A DNA stretch of 64,000 nt, taken from an uncultured Chloroflexia bacterium. Lineage in GTDB: Bacteria; Chloroflexota; Ktedonobacteria; Ktedonobacterales; JADMIN01. The position numbers were made by a program, and so were the translations under genes. The stretch spans positions 14,043 to 78,042 of the forward strand of contig CAWEJL010000013.1 of assembly GCA_963809385.1 (NCBI GenBank). The letters are read 5' to 3'. Each line of letters opens with the position of its first letter. Positions within the stretch are counted from its first letter, which is position 1. Below, piece after piece: positions 53,643 to 64,000 of this stretch. The notes under the pieces were generated by a model, which did no database searches, had not been told where the DNA came from, and saw only the letters and a list, made by a program, of their open reading frames with translations.

Positions 53643-54269
53643 ATGAGATTCAGGTTACCAATGGGGCGCTATAGTCAACAGCCTGTAGCGCCCTTCCCAT
53701 TGCCACGGAACGTGGAGTTCGCTGACGCCTGCCGCCAGGTCATAGACCAGTTGTGCGAAGACATCGCTGGCTTCAACGCGATCATACTTGATCTTCCAGA
53801 AGGCGCAAGCGCGCTCAATCGCCCCGCGTTACTGGGCTCAGCTGTCCAACGACCATTCACGACGATTGCCCACAAGTTCGTCTACGCTGATGGACTATCT
53901 CAGGCGTCGGCGCTACTCTATTCCCTCATCCAAAACCACCCGTTCACAGACGCTAATAAGCGAACCGCCTACCTGAGTTGTGTGTACTTTCTACAACAAT
54001 GTGGATATTGGAAAAGTGAGCCTTTTCTCAGCGGCAATGAAGCGCAAGCATATGAACAGCTTGTGCTCGACATTGCGCGTGAGGGAGATGACATTGCGCA
54101 CGAGCTGCGAGCGGCGCGATACACCCCAAGCGAAATCGCGTATCGCCTCGATCACATCTTCGCAGGTTCACGCCGTCGCCGTTTTCGCCTTCAACGCGCG
54201 AGTACTGGACTATGGGGCTCACTGCTCGGGTTTATCAGGCGCGGGGCGCATGAGGAACACATAGAATAG
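53643..54269 (+). CDS. Fic/Doc family toxin (Doc-type motif)
   Basis: L.SAV.RP, HPFTDANKRTA. Confidence 0.85.
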   Translation: MRFRLPMGRYSQQPVAPFPLPRNVEFADACRQVIDQLCEDIAGFNAIILDLPEGASALNRPALLGSAVQRPFTTIAHKFVYADGLSQASALLYSLIQNHPFTDANKRTAYLSCVYFLQQCGYWKSEPFLSGNEAQAYEQLVLDIAREGDDIAHELRAARYTPSEIAYRLDHIFAGSRRRRFRLQRASTGLWGSLLGFIRRGAHEEHIE

Positions 54270-54323
54270 CCGCGCGAGGAAATCACCGCCTCAGCCACCG
54301 GGCGGCCGGGCGGATGAATCCGC

Positions 54324-54393
54324 GGCGCTGGGCAAGGGCGGGCAGCCCGGCGACCTGCTGCGCGAAGCCAAGGAGCGCATCTTTGCCGCTTAA
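54324..54393 (+). pseudogene. remnant second copy of the hsdR 3' end
   Basis: encodes ALGKGGQPGDLLREAKERIFAA* versus ALSKGGQPGDLLRETKERIFAA* at 53041-53110. Confidence 0.85.
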
Positions 54394-54479
54394 CGCGTCG
54401 CGCGCTTGATACCCTCTGATAGACGCGCGATACTGAAGCGAGCCAGCGCCCATCATCACCGACGAGAGGACACTCCCCC

Positions 54480-55679
54480 ATGCCCGACCCCAACGCCGCC
54501 ACCGCCGTAGAGACTGCCATCGCCGCCCCGCCCGCCGCGCTCCGCCCGCTGCCCGACGGCTGGCGCTGGGCGCGGCTGGGGGATGTGTGTGAGTTCAAGT
54601 ACGGTGTCAGGTTTGCCGAACGCACAAACGCAAGCGGTCGAAGGCATTATCCCTGTCTTCGGTGCAAACGGCATATGCTGGATTACCATATACGAAGTCC
54701 TTACCTCTGGCCCAAGTGTCGAGTAATTGGCCGAGAGAAGGCTCGCATAGGTGAGGTTCATTCTCAGGTGTAGCTTGTGGCCAATTGACACGACCCATTG
54801 TTGATGGCCACACGTCCAGATTGACTTCGACTAGTTTGTATATCGCACTCAATACGCTCGATACTTGGTGATCTAGAATAAGAGCGGCTGCGGTTCCAGG
54901 ACTGAACAGAGATGATGCTTATGCTACTCTCTATCCCCCTCCCACCGCTCGCGGAGCAGCGCCGCATCGCCGCCATCCTCGCCGCGCGCATGGCCGCCGT
55001 GGAGCGCGCCCGCGCCGCCGCCGAGGCGCAGCTTGCCGCCGCGCGGACCCTCCCCGCCGCCGAGTTGCGCGCCGTGTTCGAGAGCGACGAGGCGCGGGCG
55101 TGGCCAGTTGCGGCAGTTCGGCGATCTCGGGATCCATCAGATGCGACGCTTGGATCGGAGCGATTGCGAACGAGCTGACAGAGCATCGCGTATCTACGCT
55201 TGATTACGGAGCGGCTCAGTCGTGACTTGCCGATGTTACCGACGCTATCTGATGATGAAGGCGACAATATCTCTTGCTACGCGAGGATGATGTACTCTTC
55301 TGAGCGGCGACTCACACTGGGCAGGGGCCTACTGCGTGGTGAATTGGACGATGTGCAGTCACCGACTCATGCTACGTGTCACGCTTCAAGCCTGGGCCTT
55401 GTATTCACAGTTATCTCTGCTCATTAGCTTCGCTCGATATAGTCATGGACGCTATGTGCTGATGCAGCGACGCAGCCCAACAGTGCATTGCGACCAGCTA
55501 TGAACCGGTTTTGCTAGCCTCTCCCGCACGTTGATCACGAGCAGCGCCGCATCGCCGCCCATCTCGATGCCCGCATGGCGGAAATCGCGCGGCTGCGGCA
55601 GACGCTCGAAGCGCAGCGCGACGCCATCAACGCCCTGCCCGCCGCGCTGTTGCGGCAGGCGTTCAACGGGGAGCTATGA
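54480..55679 (+). CDS. hsdS: type I R-M specificity subunit; both target-recognition domains disrupted or garbled
   Basis: LPDGWRWARLGDVC; central IPLPPLAEQRRIAAIL; terminal EQRRIAAHLD...LPAALLRQAFNGEL*. Confidence 0.8.
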
Positions 55680-55688
55680 ACACGTATA

Positions 55689-55916
55689 ATGCCACGAAAG
55701 AAGCGTGATATTCGGCGTGATTACCGCCTGATAGGATTCACCGAACGGATAGGAAAGGGCGACCACACGGTATTCTCGCATCCACTGGTGGCAAAGCATT
55801 ACGCAGTTGACGGACGTGATGGCCTCGACGCGCAACGCTATGATGAGAAGAACCTGCTCGACGCCAGACATGAACTGGATGAGGCGCTGAAGAAGCAGGG
55901 GGAGCATGACACATGA
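55689..55916 (+). CDS. hicA: HicA family toxin
   Basis: GF...GKGDH..F.HP; overlaps hicB (ATGA). Confidence 0.75.
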   Translation: MPRKKRDIRRDYRLIGFTERIGKGDHTVFSHPLVAKHYAVDGRDGLDAQRYDEKNLLDARHELDEALKKQGEHDT

Positions 55917-56149
55917 CCGACCAGATACCGCGCTATTCCATCATCATCGAGTGGAGCGATGACGATCAGGCCTACGTCGTCATTTTGCCAGAATGGGCAG
56001 ATCAATACGCCATGCCTGTCGCCAGCGGCCAGACCTATGAAGAGGCTGCGGCGCGCGGGCGCAACGCCCTGGAGAACTATATTCAGTTTGCGCGTGAAGA
56101 TGGCAAGCCATTGCCTGCTCCGCGCACCTTCGCCGCCTCGGCCAGCTAA
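55913..56149 (+). CDS. hicB: HicB family antitoxin (short form)
   Basis: Y.IIIEWS.DD.AYVV.LPE, G.TYEEA, G.PLP.P. Confidence 0.85.
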   Translation: MTDQIPRYSIIIEWSDDDQAYVVILPEWADQYAMPVASGQTYEEAAARGRNALENYIQFAREDGKPLPAPRTFAASAS

Positions 56150-56166
56150 GGAGAAGAGCAGCGGAC

Positions 56167-57688
56167 ATGACCACACAGAACGGCTCCGCCCGCTACACCA
56201 CCCAACAATCGCTCAATAGCGCCATCTGGTCTATCTGCGACATCCTGCGCCGCTCCAACTGCGCGGGCGCGCTGCAATACGTCCCCGAGCTGACGTGGAT
56301 TCTCTTCCTGCGCATCCTCGATGACCGCGAGGCGCAGGAGGCCGCGCGGGCGGAGGTCCTGGGCCTGTCCTTCACCCCCTCGCTGGAGGAGCCGTACCGC
56401 TGGCGCGACTGGGCGCGGCGCTTCGGGGCTCAAGCGCGTCGAGTTGCAGGACGGCTCGCTCGGCTCCGTCTTCGGCTTCGTCAACGGCGAGCTACTGCCC
56501 TACCTGCGCGAGTTGCGGGACCAGCCCAACGCCAGCCCGCGCCAGCGCGTCATCAGCGAGATCATGTCCAGCGTCGAGCGCGTCCACGTGGACACCGAGA
56601 AGAACTTCATGGATGTCGTGGACCGCGTGGACGGCATCAGCCTCGACGCCGTAGACTCCACCCACATGTTCGCCCTCTCGCAGGTCTACGAGGGCCTGCT
56701 GCTGCGCATGGGCGAGAAGGGCAACGACGGCGGCCAGTTCTTCACCCCGCGCGAAGTCATCCGCGCCATGGTCCAGACCGTCGCCCCGCGCCTGGGCGAG
56801 ACGGTCTACGACCCCTGCTGCGGCACCGGCGGCTTCCTCGCCCAGTCCTACGAGCACATCCACAACCATCTCGGCCCCACCGCCACCGGCGACGACCTGG
56901 AGACGCTCTCCCGCCGCACCTTCTTCGGGCGTGAGAAAGAGAACCTCATCTACCCCATCGCCCTCGCCAACCTCGTCCTGCACGGCATCGACGAGCCGCA
57001 CCTCTGGCACGGCAACACCCTGACGGGCGCCAGCGCCTACGACGGCCTCTTCGAGGGCGCGCCGCCGCTCTACGATGTCATCCTCACCAACCCGCCCTTC
57101 GGCGGCAAAGAGGGCGACGAGGCGCAGACCCGCTTCGCCTACCGCACCAGCGCCACGCAGGTCCTCTTCCTCCAGCACGTCATCGACAGCCTGCGCCCCG
57201 GTGGCCGCTGCGGCATCGTGCTCGATGAGGGCGTCCTCTTCCGCGCCAACGAGACCGCCTTCGTCCAGACCAAGCGCAAGCTGCTCGACGAATGCGACCT
57301 CCAGGCGATCGTCAGCCTGCCCGCTGGGGTGTTCAACGCGGCCGGCGCGGGCGTCAAGACCAACCTGCTCTTCTTCACCAAGGGCCAGCCCACCGAGCGC
57401 GTCTGGTACTACGATCTCTCCGGCGTCAAAGTCGGCAAGAAATCGCCGCTCACCCTGGCTGGCTTCGCGGAGTTCTTCCGCCTGTTCCCGGAGCGCGCCG
57501 AGAGCGAGCTGAGCTGGAGCGTCACCCGCGAGCAGATCGAGGCCCGCAACTACGACCTCAAAGCCGTCAATCCCAACGCCCGCCGCGAGCAGGACACCCG
57601 CACGCCCGAAGACCTGCTGACGCTCATCGAAGCCAAAGGCCGCGAGGTCGCGGAAGCCCTAACCGCCCTTCGGCTGCCGGTGGAATAG
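56167..57688 (+). CDS. hsdM: type I R-M N6-adenine methyltransferase (frameshift near 56420)
   Basis: GQFFTPREVI, YDPCCGTGGFL, TNPPFGG. Confidence 0.9.
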
Positions 57689-57710
57689 GCCGCGCCTCAT
57701 CCCACGCGAG

Positions 57711-57769
57711 CGTCCGCGTAGGCGGACGTTGTGGCCCGCCAGGGCCTTGAGGCGCGGTTTCAACCGCCC
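57711..57769. repeat. half family A REP-like element
   Basis: GTCCGCGTAGGCGGACGTTGTGG...TTGAGGCGCGGTTTCAACCGCCC. Confidence 0.75.
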
Positions 57770-57967
57770 GCGCGCTTGCCCGCGCCCACCCTTCCCCCCG
57801 TCCCGTCCGCTTGACGCTTCCTCGAAGGGCGCGCCACAATAGCTTGTGGAACACAGCGCTATCGCTGTGGCGACGTGGCGCGGCCATTCCCCGACCGGCG
57901 CCAATGGAAAGCGATACAGACGCTCAGATGGCGATTCCCTCCTCAGATAGATTGAGCCCGCATGTGG

Positions 57968-59452
57968 ATGGCGGCGCTCGGACACGATCGAAGCGGTGAT
58001 CGTCGGCGCGGGCGTCTCCGGCCTGCTCGCCGCGCACGAGCTGCTGCGCCGCCGCCCTGGCTCGCGGCGTGATCCTCGTGGACGCCGGGCTGCCGCTGGA
58101 GCAGCGCCGCGCCCAGCCTACCCCGCCGATGGGTGGCGAGGGCGGCGCGGGCCTGTTCCTCGGCGGGCGGCTCTACCTCGGCGCGGCGTCGCTGCCGGTC
58201 ATGCCGCCAGTCAGCGCGCCAGAGTCCATGCGCCCCGTCATCGCGGGCGAGGAGTACGTGCGGCGCGCCCAGGAGATGGACGCGCTGCTGCACGACGCTG
58301 GGCGCCCGCGCGGAGTGGCAGCCGGAGCCGCCGGAAGCGCTGGCGCGCGCGATTCACGCGGCGGCGGACGCGGGCGTGGACTACATCACCAGCTACCCCT
58401 CGCGGCGGCTCAGCCCGGAAGACAAGACGGCGGCGCTGACCGGCCTGCGCGCGCGGCTGATCGCGGCAGGGCGCGCGGTTCATCTTCGGCGCCCGCGTCA
58501 CCGTCGCCACCCCCACGGATGAAGGCTTCCTGCTGACGCTCGATAGCTCAGACGCCCCCGAAGGCGCGCCGCCCGTCCCGGAGCGGCTCACCACCCGCAC
58601 GCTGCTGCTGGCCCCTGGACGCTACGGCGCGGAGTGGCTGACGCGCGTCGTCAGCGACCTCGGCGCGGAGGTCGTCGCGCTGCCGCGCGCGTTCGGCGTG
58701 CGGATCGAGACGCCCGCCACCGTCTACGACCCACTGACCGATGTCAACCCCGACCCGCGCTTGCAGATGGCGCTGGCGGAAGACGCCTACATCAAGACCT
58801 ACGCCACCTGCCCCGGCGGAGTCGTCAGCCCGGTCGCGCGCTATGGCGCGCTGGTGGCCAGCGGCGTCCCCATGATGCGGCGCGAAGACCGCGGCCCCTC
58901 GACGACCGTAGCTATCCTCGCCCAGCCCGGCGTCACCGGCGCGGCTGGCGCCTGGCGCGGCGGCGAGCGCGCCGCCCGCGCGCTCAACCAGCGCGCGCCG
59001 GGCCGCCTCACCGTCCAGCGGCTGGAGGATGTCCGCCAGCGCCGCGCCACCACCGCGGAGGCGCTGGCCGCGGCCCCATTCGCCCGACCGACGCCAGCGC
59101 CGCGCCCGGCGCGCTGCACGATGTCTACCCCGACGCCTACTGGGCCGCGTTCGAGGACTTCCTCGGACGGATCGAGCGTCTGGCGCCGGGCATCTCCTCC
59201 GGCGAGACGCTGCTCTACGGCCCCGCCGAGGAGCGCTTCTGGCACTTCCCCACCGATGGCCACATGCAGACCACCACGCCCGGCCTCTTCGTCGCCGGGG
59301 ATGGCCCCGGCCAGAGCCAGGGCATCATCCAGGCCAGCGTCGCGGGCCTGCTGGCGGGCGAGGGCCTGGCGGAGGCGCTGGCGCGAAAGGCGAGCGGCGG
59401 CCAGACCACCGGAGCTCGGGGCGTGGTGGAATCCACTGAACGCGCGCAGTGA
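57968..59452 (+). CDS. FAD-dependent oxidoreductase (uncharacterised), several frameshifts
   Basis: IVGAGVSG, GG.GGAG.F, LAPGR.G, GVRIETP, CPGG.V, T..PGLFVAGDG.G.S.GI. Confidence 0.7.
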
Positions 59453-59459
59453 GCCAAGA

Positions 59460-60455
59460 TCAGATGTGGACGGCCAGCCACTCCAGGATGCTGGCCAGCG
59501 CCTCCGGGTCCAGGCGAGTATCGGGGCCGTTATAGCTCTCCCCGATTCCAGAGGCCGTCAAGTCCGCGCGTGACCTCGGCTCATTCTTGAGCACGTGATT
59601 CGCGTTCTCCGGGAAGAGAAAGGTCACATTGGCATGGCCCGCTGCGGCAGCCTGGAGCGGCTCGCCATCGGCTTCCCAGTCCACCTGGAGGTCTTTCTTC
59701 CCGATGACGACCAGCGTAGGAACGTCCACCTGAGCCAGCAGCGGAGCCGCGTCCGCCAGCCAGAGCTCACGGGCGAAGGGCAGGTTGACTGGCGCCTCCA
59801 GACTCTGGATCAACATCTGGACTCCTTGTGGCAGCTCTGGATCCGGCGCCGCGGGCTCCCCCGCCATGAAGCGGGCGATAGCGGCGTCGTAGAGCGCCAG
59901 CAGCGCGGCGCCGTTGGGAATGGCGGCCGCTTGCGCCGCCAATTGAGCCCGCGCCACCACGCCAACGGCCCGTCCCGGTGGGGCGATCAGCGCAAGCCCC
60001 GCGAGGGGAATAGCCGGGCGTTGGGTCTGATAGTTCAGGGCGTGCAGCGTTCCCTCGCTGTTCGCCAGAGCGAAGAGCCGCCTCTCATCGACATCGTCCC
60101 GCCCAGCCAGAAACCGGACCGCGCTCGCCAGCTCCTCCATATGGCTCCGCATGCTGAGCTTGCCGGCCAGAACCCGCATATTCTCGCCCGCATGGGGACC
60201 CGAAGCGCGCTTGTCGTAGCGCAGGGAGGCGACGCCCACCCGCGCGAGCGCCTCCGCTAACAGGCGGGCGCTGCCATTGGATCCGGGCAGCAGCGGTGAG
60301 TTCCAGTCGCGGTCGGTGGGGCCGCTGCCAGCCACCATCACCACCGCTGGAAACGGCCCTGGGCCCTCCGGCCTGACCAGCGTGGCGTAGAGCGTCGTCG
60401 CGTCCAGCGGCCACGTGACATCCACGCTGGCGCTACGCGCGTCTTCAGCAGCCAT
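59460..60455 (-). CDS. alpha/beta hydrolase
   Basis: AGSGPTDRD.N, RYDKR, ANSEG elbow, G.KDLQV, NHVLK. Confidence 0.85.
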   Translation of the reverse strand: MAAEDARSASVDVTWPLDATTLYATLVRPEGPGPFPAVVMVAGSGPTDRDWNSPLLPGSNGSARLLAEALARVGVASLRYDKRASGPHAGENMRVLAGKLSMRSHMEELASAVRFLAGRDDVDERRLFALANSEGTLHALNYQTQRPAIPLAGLALIAPPGRAVGVVARAQLAAQAAAIPNGAALLALYDAAIARFMAGEPAAPDPELPQGVQMLIQSLEAPVNLPFARELWLADAAPLLAQVDVPTLVVIGKKDLQVDWEADGEPLQAAAAGHANVTFLFPENANHVLKNEPRSRADLTASGIGESYNGPDTRLDPEALASILEWLAVHI

Positions 60456-60479
60456 GTGTCCCGTCCCTTCGCTCGCGCG

Positions 60480-61782
60480 CTAGAGCAGCTTCAGCCGCTC
60501 GAAGGCCGTATCAATCCACGGCAGGTAGGCGGTTGGGTCGGCGATCGCGTCCAGCTCCTCCGGCGTCAGCTTCGCCGCCACGTCGGGGTCGGCCTTGAGC
60601 ATCGCCAGCAGGCCCTGGCCCTCGTCCTCGTCTCGCCAGACCTTCTGCGCGTTGCGCTGCACCAGCTTGTACGCCGCCTGGCGGTCCATCCCCTTGTCCA
60701 CCAGCGCCAGCAGGACGCGCGAGGAGTAGATCAGCCCGCGCGTCATGTTCAGGTTGGCGGCCATCTTCGCCGTATTGACCTCCAGCCCGCTCATGATCTC
60801 GTTGAACAGCCACAGCATGTAGTGCAGCAGTCCGCACGAATCGGGCAGGATGATGCGCTCGGTCGAGGAGTGGCTGATGTCGCGCTCATGCCACAGCGCG
60901 ACGTTCTCCATCGCCGTCAGCGCGTAGCCCCGGAGCACCCGCGCCAGCCCGCAGACGCGCTCCGCCTTCTCCGGGTTGCGCTTGTGCGGCATCGCCGACG
61001 AGCCCTGCTGGTTCGCGCCGAACGGCTCGAACGCCTCGCTCAGCTCCGTCCGCTGCAAGTGGCGAATCTCCTGCGCCATCATCTCCAGCGAGGAGCCAAC
61101 CAGCGCCAGCGCCGTCACGAAGTGCGCGTGCCGGTCGCGCTGGATGATCTGCGTCGAGACCGCCTCCACCCGTAGCCCCAGCTCGCTGGCAGACATACTC
61201 CTCGATCTTCGGCGGAATCGTCGCGTGCGTGCCGACCGCGCCGGAGATCGCCCCGACCGCGATGTCGTCTATCGCCGCGTCCAGCCGCGTACGGCTGCGG
61301 CGCAGCTCGTCCACCCACATCGCCAGCTTGAAGCCGAAGGTCGTCGGCTCGGCGTGGATGCCGTGCGTGCGCCCAACCATCAGCGTCATTCGGTGCTCCA
61401 CCGCCAGCCGCGAGACGGTCTCCGTCAGCGCGTCGAGCTGCTCGCGCAGCAGCGTCCCCGCCTGGAGCAACTGGAGGCTGAGGGCGGTATCGAGCATGTC
61501 GGAGGAGGTCATGCCCAGGTGCAGGAAGCGGCCCTCCGGCCCCAGCTTCTCCTGCACCGAGCGCAGAAACGAGATCACATCGTGGTGCGTCTCGCGCTCG
61601 ATCTCGTGCGCGCGCGCGCTGTCGTAGGTCGCCTCGCGAATCTTGTCCATGTCTTCCGGCGAGATGACGCCCTCGCGCGCCCAGCCCTCGCAGACCAGCA
61701 GCTCGACCTGCAGCCAGTTATCGAACTTGTTTTCCTCGGACCAGACACGGGCCATCTCAGGCCGCGTATAGCGCTCGATCAT
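60480..61782 (-). CDS. purB: adenylosuccinate lyase (frameshift near 61190)
   Basis: MIERY.RPEM, HDV, H.GMTSSD, GRTHGIHAEP, SSAMPHKRNP, ERDISHSS.ER. Confidence 0.95.
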
Positions 61783-61930
61783 CCGTCATCCTCGCTCGTA
61801 CAGTGTTAGGAACAGAGACACACGAAGCCACACCCCGCCGCGCATGGCATCCAGCGGGCAGGGCCTAGCGCGACACATCCTATCGTATCCCATCGCGCAC
61901 GTGTTCTGCCGGGGAAGGCGGCGCGCGGCG

Positions 61931-62024
61931 GACGCGGCCATGAATGGCCGGCGCACGATACGCGGGGGATAAATCCCCTGGGCATTTATGCCCCCGTCGC
62001 GTGCCCCGGCCTTTCAAGGCCGGG
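61931..62024. repeat. cluster of a family B unit, a hairpin and a family D (GCCCCGGCCTTTCAAGGCCGGG) unit
   Basis: family D also occurs at 24465 and 24492. Confidence 0.7.
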
Positions 62025-62131
62025 ATGACGGAGACAAGGCCGTGAGCCAGCGCCGGGCTGGCGCCGCCCGCCGCCATGCGCGTACAGTCTCATCAGCGAT
62101 GGTGGACGGCGCGCGGCGAAAGGAGCCTGTG

Positions 62132-63041
62132 GTGAGTGACGCGATAGCGCCCAGCGAGGGATACGTGACGGCTGGCGGGCTGCGGCTGCATGCGCTGGAG
62201 TGGGGCCAGCGCGACGGCGCGGGCGAGCCTCCGCTGCTGCTGCTGCACGGGCTAGCCTCGGCGGCGGCGATCTGGGAGCTGGTCGCTCCGGCGCTGGCGC
62301 GCGAGCGGCGCGTGGTCGCCCTCGACCAGCGCGGCCACGGGCTGAGCGATAAGCCCGATGACGGCTACGACTTCGCGACGATCGTCGCGGATGACATCGC
62401 GGCGGCGGACGCGCTGGGGCTGGGGCCACGCTTCGCCGTCGCGGGCCACTCGTGGGGCGCGAACGTCGCGCTGGAGCTAGCGGCGCGCCATCCCGACCGC
62501 GTGGCGGCGCTGCTGCTGGTGGATGGTGGCTTCGGCATGCTGCGCGAGCGGCCCGGCGCCACGTGGAAGCGGGTCAGCCGCGACCTGGCGCCGCCGCGCT
62601 TCGCCGGGACGCCGCGCGAGACGTTCACCGGCTGGGTCCGCCAGGGGATTCCCGGCGCCGGGCCGGAGGTCGAGGCCATCGAGCTGCGCATCGTCGAGTT
62701 GCGCGCGGATGACACCGTCGGCCCGCGCCTCGTCCTTCGAGAACCACATGCAGATTCTGCGGGCGATGTGGGATCAGGACCCGGCGGCGCTCTTCCCCGC
62801 CGTCCACGCCCCCACGCGCTACATCCTGGCGGAGGGCGCGGGCGTCGGCGGCGCGAGCGCGGCGGCGGAGGACGGCTTCCTGGCCGCCAAGCGGGCCGGG
62901 GCGGCGCTGGCGCGCGAGCGAATGGCCGGCGCGCCCTCGGTCGAGGTGTTCTGGATGCCCGACACGATCCACGACATTCCCCTCCAACGCCCCGCCGAGC
63001 TAGCGGAGCGCATGGGCGAGTTCCTGCGGGCGGTGGAGTAG
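62132..63041 (+). CDS. alpha/beta hydrolase (frameshift near 62735)
   Basis: LLHG, DQRGHG.S, GHSWGA, HDIP. Confidence 0.85.
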
Positions 63042-63047
63042 CGGCCC

Positions 63048-64000
63048 CTACAGATTCCGCAGCTCGCGACTGAAGAAGGCGGCGATGACCGAGCCACCCA
63101 GGATTACGCCGCCGCCGATGATCACCGGCTGGGGGCCGAAGCGGGCGACGGCGAAGCCAGAGACGGCGACCGAGATGGGGAACGTCGCGAAGTTGGCGAA
63201 GGCGAAGACACCCATGATGCGCCCCAACAGGTTGCGCGGCAGCTTGCGCTGGATCAGCGTCATGAAGGAGACGTTGCCCAAACCGTTGAGGATGCCGAAC
63301 CCCGCCATGCAAGCGACGGCGATATAGATGTTCGGCGCGAAGGCCAGCGCGAAGATCGGAATAACCTGGACGGTGAAGAAGAGCAGCGAGATCCAGCCGC
63401 GATTGATGCGGTTCCCTAGCGCGCTCGCCAGCAGGCCGCCCACCAGTCCGCCCGCGCCGGCCGCCGAAAGCATAAGGCCGAAGCCCTGGGCGTCGGTGTG
63501 CAGCGGCCCGTTCGCCATCGCCGGGAAGGCGACCTCGGCGGCTCCGCCGAACAGGTTGGCGACGATCAACACCAGCAGGAGGACGAGAAAGTAAGGGGTG
63601 GCGAGGGCGAAGCGCCAGAGGCTGTTCGTCTGGGCGGCGCCCTCCGCCGGGGTCCCAGCGTCCGCTTCTGGGCTGGCTTCCGCACCCGCTTCGGCGGCGG
63701 CTTCTGGCGCGGCGGGCGCGGCGGCGCGGGCGGGCTTGCTGGCGCGGCCACGGATGAGAGCCAGGGTGAACGTGGAGACGGCGAAGGTGGCGGCGTCTAT
63801 GGCGAAGGCGATGGGCGAGCCAACGCTCGCGACGGCGGCGCCAGCGATGGCGGGACCGACCATCTGAGCAAAGCGCGCGAGCGAGTAGAACAGTCCGTTA
63901 GCGGCCTGGAGCTGCTCGTCAGGCAGCAGGTCGGGGGTGATGGCGTTGGAGGCGGGCATGAACATGCCGTCGAAGAGGCCCAGCGCGGCGGTGAAGGCGG
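63048..64000 (-). CDS. MFS transporter (5' end outside the window)
   Basis: FMPA..I.P.L, ANG, GP..AG, DA.TF..S, LGRI; multiple TM helices. Confidence 0.85.
   Translation of the reverse strand, partial: AFTAALGLFDGMFMPASNAITPDLLPDEQLQAANGLFYSLARFAQMVGPAIAGAAVASVGSPIAFAIDAATFAVSTFTLALIRGRASKPARAAAPAAPEAAAEAGAEASPEADAGTPAEGAAQTNSLWRFALATPYFLVLLLVLIVANLFGGAAEVAFPAMANGPLHTDAQGFGLMLSAAGAGGLVGGLLASALGNRINRGWISLLFFTVQVIPIFALAFAPNIYIAVACMAGFGILNGLGNVSFMTLIQRKLPRNLLGRIMGVFAFANFATFPISVAVSGFAVARFGPQPVIIGGGVILGGSVIAAFFSRELRNL

Noticed and set aside
60480-61782. Frameshifts in purB and many other genes (fadF-like, hcrB, GT-C, hsdR, hsdM) read as pseudogenes or programmed frameshifts
   Set aside because: They are scattered, hit housekeeping genes and show no obvious slippery sites; consensus indel errors are the simpler explanation

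Overview
A high-GC bacterial chromosomal window. Gene content and repeat style suggest Chloroflexota, probably Ktedonobacteria (inference). Many genes, including purB, carry single-base frameshifts, so this is probably an error-containing long-read or metagenomic consensus, and most split ORFs are best read as intact genes. Main content: an nfeD gene; two SUKH/SMI1-like paralogs around an Rpn/DUF4351 gene; etfB-etfA plus a FadF/HdrD-like oxidoreductase; a rusticyanin-like lipoprotein; two tRNA(CAT) genes; a beta-helix surface protein; a P450; recD2; a TIR protein; purB. Highlights: (1) an IclR-controlled module (MFS importer, PaaK-type CoA ligase, 4-hydroxybenzoyl-CoA-reductase-like hcrCAB) with four GTTC-N8-GAAC operators in mirror-image promoters; (2) a tnpB-only IS200/IS605 element whose insertion swapped a host stop codon without changing the protein; (3) an orphan DnaA-box cluster; (4) a type I R-M locus interleaved with Doc-type and HicAB toxin-antitoxin pairs and carrying a duplicated hsdR 3' end; (5) four families of REP-like palindromic repeats, some inserted in-frame in RecD2 and the Hcr subunits. 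Product calls rest on motif recognition only; no database search was run.
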